A stretch of 64,000 nt of DNA from an uncultured Acidimicrobiia bacterium (GCA_963786955.1 CAWBAT010000007.1:1-64000); one strand, 5' to 3'. Counted from the stretch's first letter, positions 1 to 9,509 are shown. Numbers and translations are program-made. The notes: generated by a model not told the origin, from the letters alone.

Positions 1-72
1 TCGGCCATATGAATACAGATCAGAAACCTTTACTCTTTGTAGCTAATGCCTAGTTTCGATCAAATATACTGC

Positions 73-101
73 TTGACAGTGTCGGGGGTGGTCAGTAAGT
101 T
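73..101 (+). promoter_or_regulatory. sigma70-type promoter upstream of the Ldh-2 gene
   Basis: TTGACA (73-78), 17-nt spacer, TAAGTT (96-101), 36 nt before the ATG at 138. Confidence 0.6.
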
Positions 102-137
102 TAGCGCGAAAACAAAATTGACGGGAGCAATCTAATC

Positions 138-1187
138 ATGGCTAAAGGTTCACACCTGGTTGAAGCCGATCCATTGCGGCGGTTTACAGCCAGGATATTC
201 GAAGCCCACAATTCACCCCCAGACGAGGCCATGATTGTGGCCGACCATCTCGTGACCGCGAACCTGATGGGATATGACTCCCATGGAATCATACGTATCC
301 CCCAGTATCTCGGAGATATTCAGGGAAAAGTAATTCGCCCGGGTGCTCCCATCCGAGTGGCCAATGAAACCGAGACGACAGGGATAGTCGACTGTGGTTG
401 GAACTTTGGGCAGGTGGGTGGCTTGAGAGCCATGGAGATTGCTCTCTCAAAGGCAAAAAAAGGCCAAACGGCCGCTGTTGTTGCCCGTTGTTGTAACCAT
501 GCCGGTCGGCTTGGAGCCTATACGCAGATGGCGGCCGAGCAAGGCTTTTTTGCATTGGGTGTCTGTAACTCTCCGATCCATGGCCATTTTGTTCTTCCCT
601 GGGGTGGTCGAAAAGCACGGCTGGCCACTAATCCGATGTCTTATGCTGTTCCGTGTGGCAGCGGCCATCCGATCGTGGCTGATTTCTCGACCGCTGAAGC
701 CACTGAAGGAAAAATTCGACTTCACCGCAATCTGGGAGAACCATTGCCAGGCGATTGGATTGTCGACGCAGAAGGTAACCCCAGCCGAGATCCCGCCGAC
801 TTTTATGGACCTCCAATGGGAGCGATCTTGCCCTTCGGAGGGGACAAAGGTTATCGGGGATTTGCTCTTTCGTTGCTCGTCGAGATATTAGGGGGATTGT
901 TTGGAGGCTCGCGCACGACGGCGGATCAACCCGGCAACGGACTCGGATTCCTAGTGGTCAATATCTCGGCCTTCCAATCACCGGGCGCTTTTGCCGATCT
1001 CAGCAGCGAATTACGCGACTACATCAAGTCTTCACCCCCCTCAGAAGGAGTGGAGGAAGTGCTCCTCCCCGGAGAATTGGATTTCAAAACCCAGGAGAAG
1101 CGCCTGCGAGAAGGCATTCCCGTCGACGAAACAACGTGGGAACAGATTAACACGGCGGCTCATTCTGTGGGAGTCCATTGGAGTTGA
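138..1187 (+). CDS. Ldh-2 family (type 2 malate/L-lactate dehydrogenase-like) oxidoreductase
   Basis: 349 aa; DSHGIIR, HAGRLG, TNP and LPFGG.KG motifs typical of the family. Confidence 0.9.
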   Translation: MAKGSHLVEADPLRRFTARIFEAHNSPPDEAMIVADHLVTANLMGYDSHGIIRIPQYLGDIQGKVIRPGAPIRVANETETTGIVDCGWNFGQVGGLRAMEIALSKAKKGQTAAVVARCCNHAGRLGAYTQMAAEQGFFALGVCNSPIHGHFVLPWGGRKARLATNPMSYAVPCGSGHPIVADFSTAEATEGKIRLHRNLGEPLPGDWIVDAEGNPSRDPADFYGPPMGAILPFGGDKGYRGFALSLLVEILGGLFGGSRTTADQPGNGLGFLVVNISAFQSPGAFADLSSELRDYIKSSPPSEGVEEVLLPGELDFKTQEKRLREGIPVDETTWEQINTAAHSVGVHWS

Positions 1188-1216
1188 GTGTCGAAGAACG
1201 CTGAGAGGAGCCCCCA

Positions 1217-2278
1217 TTGGTCAATCCGCTGGTCCTAGGGTTTTTCTGGATCCTGATTGCAGCCTTAGCGGGTGGTGCCTTTGGCCTTCAGTATCGGATC
1301 ATGCGCCAGTACCAGGTAGAGAACGCTTCCTTCCTGTCTGTTTTTGTGGCTACGGTTCCTATCCCCCTCATCGCGTGTTCAATACTCCTTCCGGGATGGA
1401 CTGAAGCGATTTCAAAGGCTGGCTTTGCCTCGAACGCGACGATATTCTTCTTTGGATTTTGCTGGGGGATGGGCGCCATTACATACGCCTATGGTTTCAA
1501 TCTTCTCGGGATGGCCTTGGCGGCCTCTTTGCTCAAAGGGATATCGATCGCGATCGGTGCGGGTGTGCCGCTGGTGCGCCATTGGGAACAGGTTTCGGTT
1601 CCCGCCAGAGCAACAACCATTGCTGGTTTGGCGATTCTAATGGTCGGGACTGCCGTGGCCGGCAAGGCAGGAATAATGCGGGAGAAGGAAGCTAAGAAAG
1701 ATTCCGACACCCCACTTCTCCATCCTAAGACGAACCCAAAACCATCCGGCCGGCTGTTTTGGATCGGCTTTGTTTTGTGCTTGATCTCTGGATTTGCCAG
1801 CTCCGGAGCCAATCTGGGATACGACCGGGCCGATGTCATCGAAAATGCCATGGTCGAAATTTCCCATGGCGCCGACTTAACCTGGAAGGCGACTCTAGTT
1901 CGATGGATGCCCATGTATTGGGGGGGAATCACAGCGCTGCTGATTTTTATGGGCGGGGCGATGCTCATTCGAGGAACCTGGAGATGCTACTTTGCCAAAG
2001 GGTCACGACGCGATTTCCTGGTCTCTTCGTCCATGGGCGTCGTTCATTTCATGGCACAGATCCCGTATGGCATTGGCGCATTTTACTTGGGTAGGCTTGG
2101 GACAACGATTGGATGGGGAGCCAACATTGGTATGGCATTGATTGTCGCGAGTGGCCTCGGGTTTCTGACCGGTGAATGGAAAGGGGCTTCCAAAACGACC
2201 ACACAAATGCTTTACTATGCCATCGCCATCCTGATCGGAGCTATTGTTGTGCTAGCGTCCGCAAATACTCTCGCTTGA
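1217..2278 (+). CDS. RhaT-like (L-rhamnose/H+ symporter family) membrane transporter
   Basis: About 10 hydrophobic helices; FFGFCWGMG, LGMAL and GEWKG motifs characteristic of RhaT. Confidence 0.75.
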   Translation: MVNPLVLGFFWILIAALAGGAFGLQYRIMRQYQVENASFLSVFVATVPIPLIACSILLPGWTEAISKAGFASNATIFFFGFCWGMGAITYAYGFNLLGMALAASLLKGISIAIGAGVPLVRHWEQVSVPARATTIAGLAILMVGTAVAGKAGIMREKEAKKDSDTPLLHPKTNPKPSGRLFWIGFVLCLISGFASSGANLGYDRADVIENAMVEISHGADLTWKATLVRWMPMYWGGITALLIFMGGAMLIRGTWRCYFAKGSRRDFLVSSSMGVVHFMAQIPYGIGAFYLGRLGTTIGWGANIGMALIVASGLGFLTGEWKGASKTTTQMLYYAIAILIGAIVVLASANTLA

Positions 2279-2303
2279 ACCTGGCCCCAAATGGAGGAAT
2301 TTC

Positions 2304-3275
2304 ATGATCTGGTTTATTTTGCTGTTTCTATTATTTACAGGAGTTGAATCCGTGAGTTTATCGAATAAGCCTGTCCTCACCAAGAAAGACGTTGAAGCCA
2401 TGATGACCTCACTTTCCAACTGGGGGCGCTGGGGAAAGAGCGATGAATTAGGTGCCCTGAACCTGATTACCCCGACTAAACGAAAACAGGCGGCTGCCCT
2501 CGTAAAAGAAGGGGTCACCGTTTCCATCGCACACAACGTCATCAAGATCAAAGAAGAAAGTTCCCAACCATTTGAACTCAAAATGGTCCAAACCGGACAG
2601 AGTCCAAGCGCGGAATATGCCGGTGATATTTACTCAGTTCAGTACCACGGGTACACCCAGACTCACATCGATGCCCTCTGCCATTTGTTCTACGAGGGCA
2701 AGATATATAACGGGTTTCTACAACAAACTGTCACGGACCAGGGCGCTGCCAAGTTATCGATTATTCAGGTGAAGAACGGAATTTTCACGAGAGGGATTTT
2801 GATGGATATCCCCAGCCTTTTGGGCAAGCCATACCTTGAGGGAGGAAGAGCGATTTATCCTGAAGACCTGGATGCGTGGGAAAAGAAGGCAGGGTTGAAG
2901 GTTTCGAGTGGCGATGCCATCCTGATTCGAACAGGCCGATGGGCAAGACGAAAAGCCGAAGGAACCTGGGAAATCGAAAAGAATTCTTCCGGGCTGCATG
3001 CCTCCTGTTTGCCATGGCTCAAGAAACGAGACATTGCGGTGCTTGGCAGTGACTTGGCCTCAGACGTGATGCCCTCCCAAGTGGAAGGAGTGACGATGCC
3101 GGTGCACCAGGTCATCCTTAATGCGATGGGGGTTCCCATTTTAGACAACTGCGATTTTGAGGACCTCAGTAAGTTTGCTCAGAATTCCAAGCGATGGGAA
3201 TTTTTGCTCACCGTTGCTCCCCTTGCCGTAGACGGGGGAACTGGCTCTCCGATTAATCCATTGGCAACGTATTAG
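2304..3275 (+). CDS. cyclase/kynurenine-formamidase-like metal hydrolase with N-terminal signal peptide
   Basis: NWGRWG..DELGALN, THIDALCH, LIRTG and GGTGSPINPLA motifs; GGAGG RBS. Confidence 0.85.
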   Translation: MIWFILLFLLFTGVESVSLSNKPVLTKKDVEAMMTSLSNWGRWGKSDELGALNLITPTKRKQAAALVKEGVTVSIAHNVIKIKEESSQPFELKMVQTGQSPSAEYAGDIYSVQYHGYTQTHIDALCHLFYEGKIYNGFLQQTVTDQGAAKLSIIQVKNGIFTRGILMDIPSLLGKPYLEGGRAIYPEDLDAWEKKAGLKVSSGDAILIRTGRWARRKAEGTWEIEKNSSGLHASCLPWLKKRDIAVLGSDLASDVMPSQVEGVTMPVHQVILNAMGVPILDNCDFEDLSKFAQNSKRWEFLLTVAPLAVDGGTGSPINPLATY

Positions 3276-3283
3276 ATTAGTTT

Positions 3284-3414
3284 GCGGAACGCTACGGCGA
3301 GCGTTTCCTACCATCCAATCTGCGAACTCTTCCTCCCGCATTGGAGGAATGCGTGCGAGAGACCACGCTCCCCGCCGCGCGTTCATCGAGCGTGCGCAGG
3401 AGCGCCCGCTCCAC
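3284..3414 (-). repeat. two REP-like palindromes between convergent genes
   Basis: Minus strand reads GTAG-GAAACGCT-cgccgt-AGCGTTCC (3284-3311) and GTGG-AGCGGGCGC-tcct-GCGCACGCT (3387-3414). Confidence 0.45.
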
Positions 3415-3563
3415 CTAAGAACATTAAAGAAAGTTCGGGATTCAGGATTAGTAGAGGATAGAATCCGGAGCGCGTCGACCATCAATCTCCCCCTCGTGCT
3501 ATCGAGGGTCTATACCTACCATCAGAAAACCTTTGGCTCTCTCAGGTTCTGGCTGAAGGCGAA

Positions 3564-4595
3564 TCATCCATTCGGGGAATTGGGTTTCTGCGGTTGATAG
3601 GTGCAGCAATTCGGTGCGCATTCATCGTGGCTTGGGCCTTGGCTGCCTAGAGCCCGACGCTTTTCTTTTTGGGCGACTCGCTCCAAAATTAACTCGCGAA
3701 TCATGGCAATAAACATGGGATGAGTTCCCACGGTCGCTGCGCGGACCATGTTCAGGCCGATTTCTTGGCAGTGCTCTCGAGCTTGAGTATCCAGGTCGTA
3801 AATCACCTCCATGTGGTCAGAGATGAATCCGATCGGGGCGATGACAACGTCCGTAACCCCCCTTTCTTTGAGTTCCGAAAGATAAACGAGAATGTCGGGC
3901 TCAAGCCAGGGTTGAGATGGTGGTCCACTTCGACTCTGATAAACCAGACGCCAATGATTGTGGTGGGCGCCGCTGGCCACGAGTTGAGAAGTCTCCTGTA
4001 ACTGGCTTACATACTTGCTGTTTTCAGCCATGGCAATAGGGATGCTGTGGGCCGTGAAGGCAATCTGAGCGGTAGCTCGTCTTTCGGGCGGTATTTGTTC
4101 TAAGGCCAAGCGTACATTCTCAATGTTTGGTTCTACAAATCCAGGGTGATTATAGAATGCTCTAATCTTGTCGATTTTCGGAGCTTCTTTGCCTACGGCT
4201 TCCTGGGCACGGTGGATGTCTTCCCGGTACTGCCTGCAGCTTGAATAAGATCCGTAAGCCGAAGTGACAAATGCGAGAGCGTGCTTGATCCCATCATCGG
4301 CCATCTTCTGCAAGGTGTCCGCGAGAAAGGGGTGCCAATTCCGATTTCCCCAATAGATGGGAAGAGGAGGCCCCTGTTCCGCCAACTCCTTCTTCAGCGC
4401 CGCGACAAGCTGCCGGTTCTGAGTATTGATTGGGCTGATTCCCCCAAACAGCTCGTAGTGATGGGCCACCTCCAGGAGGCGACTCTCCGGCACATTTTTC
4501 CCCCGCAGCACATTGCGGAGGAAAGGCATGACCTCGTCCATCCCTTCAGGTCCACCGAAAGATACGATTAGGATTGCGTCATAAGGCACGTTCAT
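3564..4595 (-). CDS. hemH: ferrochelatase
   Basis: SFGGPE, GGISPIN, FTAHSIP, YQSRSGP...WLEPD and GFISDHMEVIYDLD motifs. Confidence 0.95.
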   Translation of the reverse strand: MNVPYDAILIVSFGGPEGMDEVMPFLRNVLRGKNVPESRLLEVAHHYELFGGISPINTQNRQLVAALKKELAEQGPPLPIYWGNRNWHPFLADTLQKMADDGIKHALAFVTSAYGSYSSCRQYREDIHRAQEAVGKEAPKIDKIRAFYNHPGFVEPNIENVRLALEQIPPERRATAQIAFTAHSIPIAMAENSKYVSQLQETSQLVASGAHHNHWRLVYQSRSGPPSQPWLEPDILVYLSELKERGVTDVVIAPIGFISDHMEVIYDLDTQAREHCQEIGLNMVRAATVGTHPMFIAMIRELILERVAQKEKRRALGSQGPSHDECAPNCCTYQPQKPNSPNG

Positions 4596-4748
4596 GAGTT
4601 CTCACTGATGATACTGCGGGGCAAAGGAAGTAACACAATCCACCACTGGTGGCAAAAGGAGAGTCATTATAGCCGGATATCAGATGAATTGCTAGAAACG
4701 CGGCAATCGTCCCAAGCCGCGTGACAGGATCTCATGCTGGCATCTATT

Positions 4749-4976
4749 CTAATTCCATGCAAGCTTGCATAGGCCGTAGCAAGCCAGAATCGGCAGAGCG
4801 AGCAAGATCAACGGGATCAACACGATAGCCAGCGGAATCAGCAGAGTGACCAGCAGAATCGAAAGGAAAAAGAAGAGAATCTTAAGGGGCAGGAGAATCA
4901 CAAATCCAAGGATGCGGAAGGGGAGAAAAAACAGAAAACCGATGATTTTAAAAGGAAGAAATAATAGGTCGGCCAT
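4749..4976 (-). CDS. small hydrophobic membrane protein (75 aa)
   Basis: GGAGG RBS just upstream of the ATG; almost entirely hydrophobic with an 11-residue LPF(K/R)I repeat. Confidence 0.6.
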   Translation of the reverse strand: MADLLFLPFKIIGFLFFLPFRILGFVILLPLKILFFFLSILLVTLLIPLAIVLIPLILLALPILACYGLCKLAWN

Positions 4977-5266
4977 AAATACCTCCCAAGCTCAAGCCGA
5001 ATAAATCATCCAATGACAAACAGAAGAGGGCAAACCAATTTCTTGCCTTGCCTCTGCTATCCACTCAATACGATGATCTCACTTCAGGTGTTCCAAAAAA
5101 AAGCATTGTGCGAGGTCAAAAGCAAAATTTCAGATTTCGACTATTTGTTTCATTCGCCTTACGCTCAGCAAATGGAAGAGGTTAGCTCGCTGGCCTTTTA
5201 TGAATTCAGTAGACCGTTTTCGTTTGCTTCCTCAATTGCCTCGAACAGTAATCCAAGGGATGTATT

Positions 5267-5354
5267 CAGCCTGTAAGGGCTGAAACAGCGTAGACGGGGG
5301 CAACGCCCCCGGTTCAAAGCCCAAGATACCCCTTGCCCTGTAAGGGCAACACAT
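5267..5354 (+). repeat. left arm of a ~87-bp inverted repeat with three hairpins, flanking the tnpA relic
   Basis: CAGCCtgtaagGGCTG, GGGGGCaacGCCCCC and TGCCCtgtaaGGGCA hairpins; reverse complement aligns with 5693-5779. Confidence 0.8.
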
Positions 5355-5677
5355 TCTGGACAGGTGATCGAAATTGTGAATGTGGTCAACGTGACTTCCA
5401 GAAGTAACGAAACAACATACCAAGTTATTTAGAAACCCTGCAACGCCTGCCCGAGACGTGTTCACCATTCCGTGTCCAGATCGAGGGGAACGACTTTTGG
5501 TGGTGAAGATGACATGCGCGCTCAAAAAATGCAGGGACTGAGTACTGCTATTCGTAATTACGGTGAAGTTTCTGAAGTTAGGCGCCGCGTGGGGTCACGC
5601 GGCCTACAAAGTTGTAGGCCGGGTCACCGACCCGGCGTTAACGTCACCGTATTTATGAAATGCAGGGACTGAGGCAG
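5355..5677 (-). pseudogene. tnpA: IS200/IS605-type Y1 (HUH) transposase remnant, truncated and interrupted by a MITE
   Basis: Reads PQSL-HFLSAHVIFTTKSR...VDHIH..LSR, matching the tnpA N-terminus and HUH motif; start codon appears as CTG; C-terminal half missing. Confidence 0.7.
5543..5668. mobile_element. MITE-like element (family A, copy 1) containing a GTAG REP pair
   Basis: Nearly identical to 25838-25962; imperfect ~26-bp terminal inverted repeats; CTGAG on both sides. Confidence 0.8.
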
Positions 5678-5692
5678 GAATCTTCTCTTAGT

Positions 5693-5779
5693 TTGTGTTG
5701 CCCTGACAGGGCAAGGGTCATTTGGGAAAGTAGCCGAGGGCGCTGCCCTCGGCTACGATGTTGCGGGCCTTTCAGGCCG
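5693..5779 (-). repeat. right arm of the ~87-bp inverted repeat flanking the tnpA relic
   Basis: TGCCCtgacaGGGCA, CGAGGGCgctGCCCTCG and GGCCtttcaGGCC; mirror image of 5267-5354. Confidence 0.8.
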
Positions 5780-5944
5780 TTGCTTGGCCGCGCACACTAA
5801 ATATTAGACCCTTGATAGAGATGTCGTAGATACTCCGTGCCTCGCTTGGAGACGGACCGAGCAAAGGGGATTCTCGCCTTAGCGAGTTCTTTCCTTACTT
5901 ATCACCCGATCCGACTTCCTTCGATCCTTTCACTTCAACGAATC

Positions 5945-7066
5945 CTAACTTCCCTCCTGGCCCTTTCCGTACCAAGTGACTTCGCCCGACAGAGACTTGA
6001 GAAATTCGACCAGATCCTGTTTTTCTTGCTTGGTCAGATGCAGAGGCTTTATCTTGGTAGAAAGCCACTTATTCTTGTGCCCCCCCTTGTCATAAAACTC
6101 GACTACTTCTTCAAGAGTCTTCTCGGAACCATCATGCATGTAAGGAGCCGTGGTGGCGATTTCACGGAGTGTGGGAGTCTTGAAAGCACCTTTGTGTCCT
6201 TCGAGTTTGGTAACTTTGTAATATCCCAGATCCGGATCTTTGGCCCCCATCCCGACTCCAATATTGTTGTAGTTTTCATCCGTAAAATTGTGGCCAACAT
6301 GGCAGGTCTCACAGTTTGCCTTCTTTTCGTTCTTGAAGAGTTCATAACCACGTTGTGCCGATTCGCTCATGGCAGTCTTATCGCCGGCCTTGAATCGATC
6401 AAACGGGCTATTCCCAGACACAACCGTCCGCTCGAAACTGGCAATCGCCTGAGCGACGTGTATATCTGTGATTGCTCCATCGGGAGGGAATGCCGCTTTG
6501 AATGCTTCGACGTATACTGGGTCAGCCTTCAGCCGTTGAATCACGACATCCATGTTAGGCATGCCCATTTCTACTGGGTTTTGGACTGGACCGACGGCTT
6601 GCTCTTCAAGAGAGGCGGCTCTCCCGTCCCAGAACTGTCGCGTACTAAAGACTCGATTGATCACAGTGGGAGACTGCCGACCGCCTTTTTTCCCACCGAC
6701 TCCACTGGAGAACTGGCTGGGGTCAGCAAATCCTTTCTCGGGGATGTGACAAGAGGCGCAGGCAATCGTTTCATCCACGGAAAGCTTCTTATCAAAGTAT
6801 AGTTTCTTTCCCAGCTTGATCTTTTCTTCCGTCAAGGGGTTATCCTTTGGGATGTTTGCACTTTCAGGATCCAGCCCTGTAGGGAAACTGATCTTGTAAA
6901 GAGTGGGCCCTTTCGGCGCCGCTTGTTTTGGGGGCTCTTGGGGCGGGGTACTACATTGGGTTAGAAAGCCTGCCAGCAAGAAAAGACTGCCGATGCGCGA
7001 CATCGAAAGGATTGGGCGCATCGAACTCTTCCGCAAAGAATGGATTGATGGGAGTGTTGACATCAT
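5945..7066 (-). CDS. di-heme cytochrome c peroxidase/MauG family, probable lipoprotein
   Basis: Two CxxCH motifs (CASCH, CETCH), QFWDGRA, FKTPTLR and TAPYMHDGS; lipobox-like FLTQC; start moved to the ATG at 7066 (GAGG RBS) because the ORF-track start at 7189 is the -35 box. Confidence 0.9.
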   Translation of the reverse strand: MMSTLPSIHSLRKSSMRPILSMSRIGSLFLLAGFLTQCSTPPQEPPKQAAPKGPTLYKISFPTGLDPESANIPKDNPLTEEKIKLGKKLYFDKKLSVDETIACASCHIPEKGFADPSQFSSGVGGKKGGRQSPTVINRVFSTRQFWDGRAASLEEQAVGPVQNPVEMGMPNMDVVIQRLKADPVYVEAFKAAFPPDGAITDIHVAQAIASFERTVVSGNSPFDRFKAGDKTAMSESAQRGYELFKNEKKANCETCHVGHNFTDENYNNIGVGMGAKDPDLGYYKVTKLEGHKGAFKTPTLREIATTAPYMHDGSEKTLEEVVEFYDKGGHKNKWLSTKIKPLHLTKQEKQDLVEFLKSLSGEVTWYGKGQEGS

Positions 7067-7160
7067 GGGAGCCTCGCTATATTTGTCTATAAGTTTTGAA
7101 AAGAAGATGACACCATCAGGAGCCGATCGAAGATGAGCCGGCTCAGGGAGATCGAAAATA

Positions 7161-7189
7161 AGATTATCCATCTCGGCGCTAGTTGTCAA
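7161..7189 (-). promoter_or_regulatory. sigma70 promoter for the peroxidase gene
   Basis: Minus strand TTGACA (7189-7184), 17-nt spacer, TAATCT (7166-7161). Confidence 0.65.
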
Positions 7190-7286
7190 TTTTTCCCAAC
7201 GGTTCCGCAGGCTTTACGACCAAGGCATCTGCATTCCGGCCGACACGTTCAAAGCCGGAATTCCCGCCGGTGATGTTATCCCTCTA

Positions 7287-7315
7287 TTGACAAGGATTTA
7301 CCCCCGACCTAATAT
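7287..7315 (+). promoter_or_regulatory. sigma70 promoter for the rodZ-like gene
   Basis: TTGACA (7287-7292), 17-nt spacer, TAATAT (7310-7315); AAGGAG RBS follows. Confidence 0.7.
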
Positions 7316-7343
7316 TCATCTTCAGTAAAGGAGACAGATTGAA

Positions 7344-8282
7344 GTGTCATTTGGCGCAAATCTAAAGCGGGAGCGTGAGCTTCGGGGGATCTCGCTCGAA
7401 GAGATTTCAAAAACAACCAAGATCAGCCGACGACTCCTCGAGGCCCTTGAAGGAGACCGTTTCGATAGTTTACCTGGAGGAATTTTTCGCAAAGCCTTTT
7501 TGAAGAGCTATGCAAAATACCTGGGGATGAACGAGGAACAAGTGCTGCACGAATATACTCTTGCGTTCGAATCCCCTCCGCCGAATCCTGACGAAAAGCA
7601 ACAAATCGCAAAAGCCTCAAGCAAACCGAAGCGCACGGGGGCGCTCGTGATTGCCGGAATTCTTGCACTGCTCATTTTCGCCGTGGTTTACTTTTTTCTG
7701 AAACCTTCGAATTTTACTGTTCATGAATCCATTTCTCCTACAGCTCAGTCGCCTCAGCCGCCGAAGAGTGAGTTGAACACCGCTCATGCGACCCCAGAAC
7801 CACAGAGCGTAGCGGCAACTCCGCAGAGTCCCCCGGTCAGCTCAACGGTTCAGCCTGGTAATCCTGCAAATGGGCTTGCGCCTTATTCTCCGAATCCTGT
7901 CGAACCTTCAGCAACTGCTGGGATTCCCCAACTCAAAGTCCTTGGAGAGCTTGCCAAGAAGCCAGAACCCTCTCCTCTTTTGCCTGGTAATTCCGATGCG
8001 CGGATAACCGATAGTCCGATTGAACTCACGCTCGAAGCTACGGAACAAACTTGGATTTCGGTGGTTTCCGGGGAGAATAAGCTCTTTAAGGGGATGATGA
8101 TGCCCAATGAATCCAAGAAATTTTCTCTCCAAGCCCCTCTGAGTTTGGTTCTGGGCAATGCGGGTGGCGTGAAAGTGGTTGTCAACGGCCAGTTGCTGGC
8201 TCCCTTGGGGCGAATTAGAGAGAAAAAAGAAATTTTAATTTCAGCCGAGAATTACAAACAGTTTTTGCCGCCTATCCATTAG
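7344..8282 (+). CDS. rodZ: RodZ-like protein (HTH, one TM, Pro-rich linker, DUF4115)
   Basis: GANLKRERELRGISLEEIS..TKI...LPGGIF.KAFLKSYAKYLG HTH; C-terminal LGNAGGV. Confidence 0.8.
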   Translation: MSFGANLKRERELRGISLEEISKTTKISRRLLEALEGDRFDSLPGGIFRKAFLKSYAKYLGMNEEQVLHEYTLAFESPPPNPDEKQQIAKASSKPKRTGALVIAGILALLIFAVVYFFLKPSNFTVHESISPTAQSPQPPKSELNTAHATPEPQSVAATPQSPPVSSTVQPGNPANGLAPYSPNPVEPSATAGIPQLKVLGELAKKPEPSPLLPGNSDARITDSPIELTLEATEQTWISVVSGENKLFKGMMMPNESKKFSLQAPLSLVLGNAGGVKVVVNGQLLAPLGRIREKKEILISAENYKQFLPPIH

Positions 8283-8361
8283 TTTGTGAACGCATTGCAT
8301 CGGCGAATCCTCTTGCCAGTTGCTCATCAATTCTTTTTCCCGCTGTCCTGGGTGAAATGGT

Positions 8362-9489
8362 ATGACTGAGACAGTTCTCTCAAGACTCAAGAAAGGTGGG
8401 GTGCCTCTACAAGTCCGTCAATCCGCAGCTCGTGGCGTTCTCCCGGTGGGACATGAAGAATTATTGGCCATTCTGATTTATTTGCAGAACGACGTTGAGC
8501 CCGAGGTATGCAAAGATGCCAGGGATACGCTGGAGAATGAATTTAGCGAGAATCTTCTGAAAACAATCCTGGAAAGTTCGACGGCTCCTGCCGAAATCCT
8601 CGAATACTACGGGAGTTTTCCATTTCGCTCAGAGGCTCTCCTCGAGGTTGTCATCGAGAACAAATCCACGCCCGATTCCACCGTTGCTGCGATCGCAGAA
8701 CAAGTCGATGCAAGGCTCATTGATCTCGTCCTGGTCAATCTGATGCGCCTCTTGCGTTCCCCCTTCATCCTCGAAGCTCTCGAACGCAACTCCCACGCCA
8801 CGCCGGACATTACGCGCCGTTTAAGAGAAATTCGCGAGGAGTTCTTTGAAAAAAGAAACAATTTCATTCCGATCCATAGGACCCGAGCCGAGGAAAAAGC
8901 CATGGAGGCGCAAATGGATCAGGAAGAAGCTTTGGAGAAGAAGGACGATTCTTTCACCTATAGTGGGGAAATCAAAGAAGGAGAAGATGTGGCCAGCTTG
9001 ACTCTCGAAAGCTTGGCCGATGACGGTTACCTAACCTTTGAAGAGATGCCCGAGGATGAAAAGCTTTCGACGATTCAAAAGATTGCCCGAATGACCGTGG
9101 CCGAACGAGTCCAGACCGCTCTGAAAGGGAGCAGGGAAGAACGGATTATTCTCATTCGGGATTCGAACCGAATCGTCGCATCCGCTGTTCTGGAAAGTCC
9201 AAAGCTGACGGATAGCGAAGTGGAAGCCGTCGCACTGATGAGAAACGTATCTGAAGATATCCTGAGGCTTGTGGGTACCCGGAGGGAGTTTGCCAAGAGC
9301 TATACGGTGATTCACAACTTGGTCCGGAATCCACGAACTCCGGTCGCAACCTCGCTGGGGATGCTCAATCGTATGTTAACGAACGATCTTAGGACCCTGT
9401 CTCGAAACAAGAATGTTCCGGAAGTGATCCGCAAGACCGCTCAACGACACGTTACCACTCGCACTGCACCCAAAGAATCGAAATATTAA
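8362..9489 (+). CDS. conserved hypothetical alpha-helical (HEAT-like) protein
   Basis: 375-aa ORF; C-terminal ALKGSREERIILIRDSNR...SPKL...NPRTP region recognised from an uncharacterised family. Confidence 0.7.
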   Translation: MTETVLSRLKKGGVPLQVRQSAARGVLPVGHEELLAILIYLQNDVEPEVCKDARDTLENEFSENLLKTILESSTAPAEILEYYGSFPFRSEALLEVVIENKSTPDSTVAAIAEQVDARLIDLVLVNLMRLLRSPFILEALERNSHATPDITRRLREIREEFFEKRNNFIPIHRTRAEEKAMEAQMDQEEALEKKDDSFTYSGEIKEGEDVASLTLESLADDGYLTFEEMPEDEKLSTIQKIARMTVAERVQTALKGSREERIILIRDSNRIVASAVLESPKLTDSEVEAVALMRNVSEDILRLVGTRREFAKSYTVIHNLVRNPRTPVATSLGMLNRMLTNDLRTLSRNKNVPEVIRKTAQRHVTTRTAPKESKY

Positions 9490-9509
9490 AAAGGCCCGCT
9501 TCCGCTCGA

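Noticed and set aside
5837-6802. 321-aa plus-strand ORF
   Set aside because: Antisense shadow of the cytochrome c peroxidase gene, with no recognisable motifs
7067-7189. N-terminal extension of the peroxidase ORF
   Set aside because: The TTG start is the -35 hexamer of a well-spaced promoter; an ATG with an RBS lies downstream
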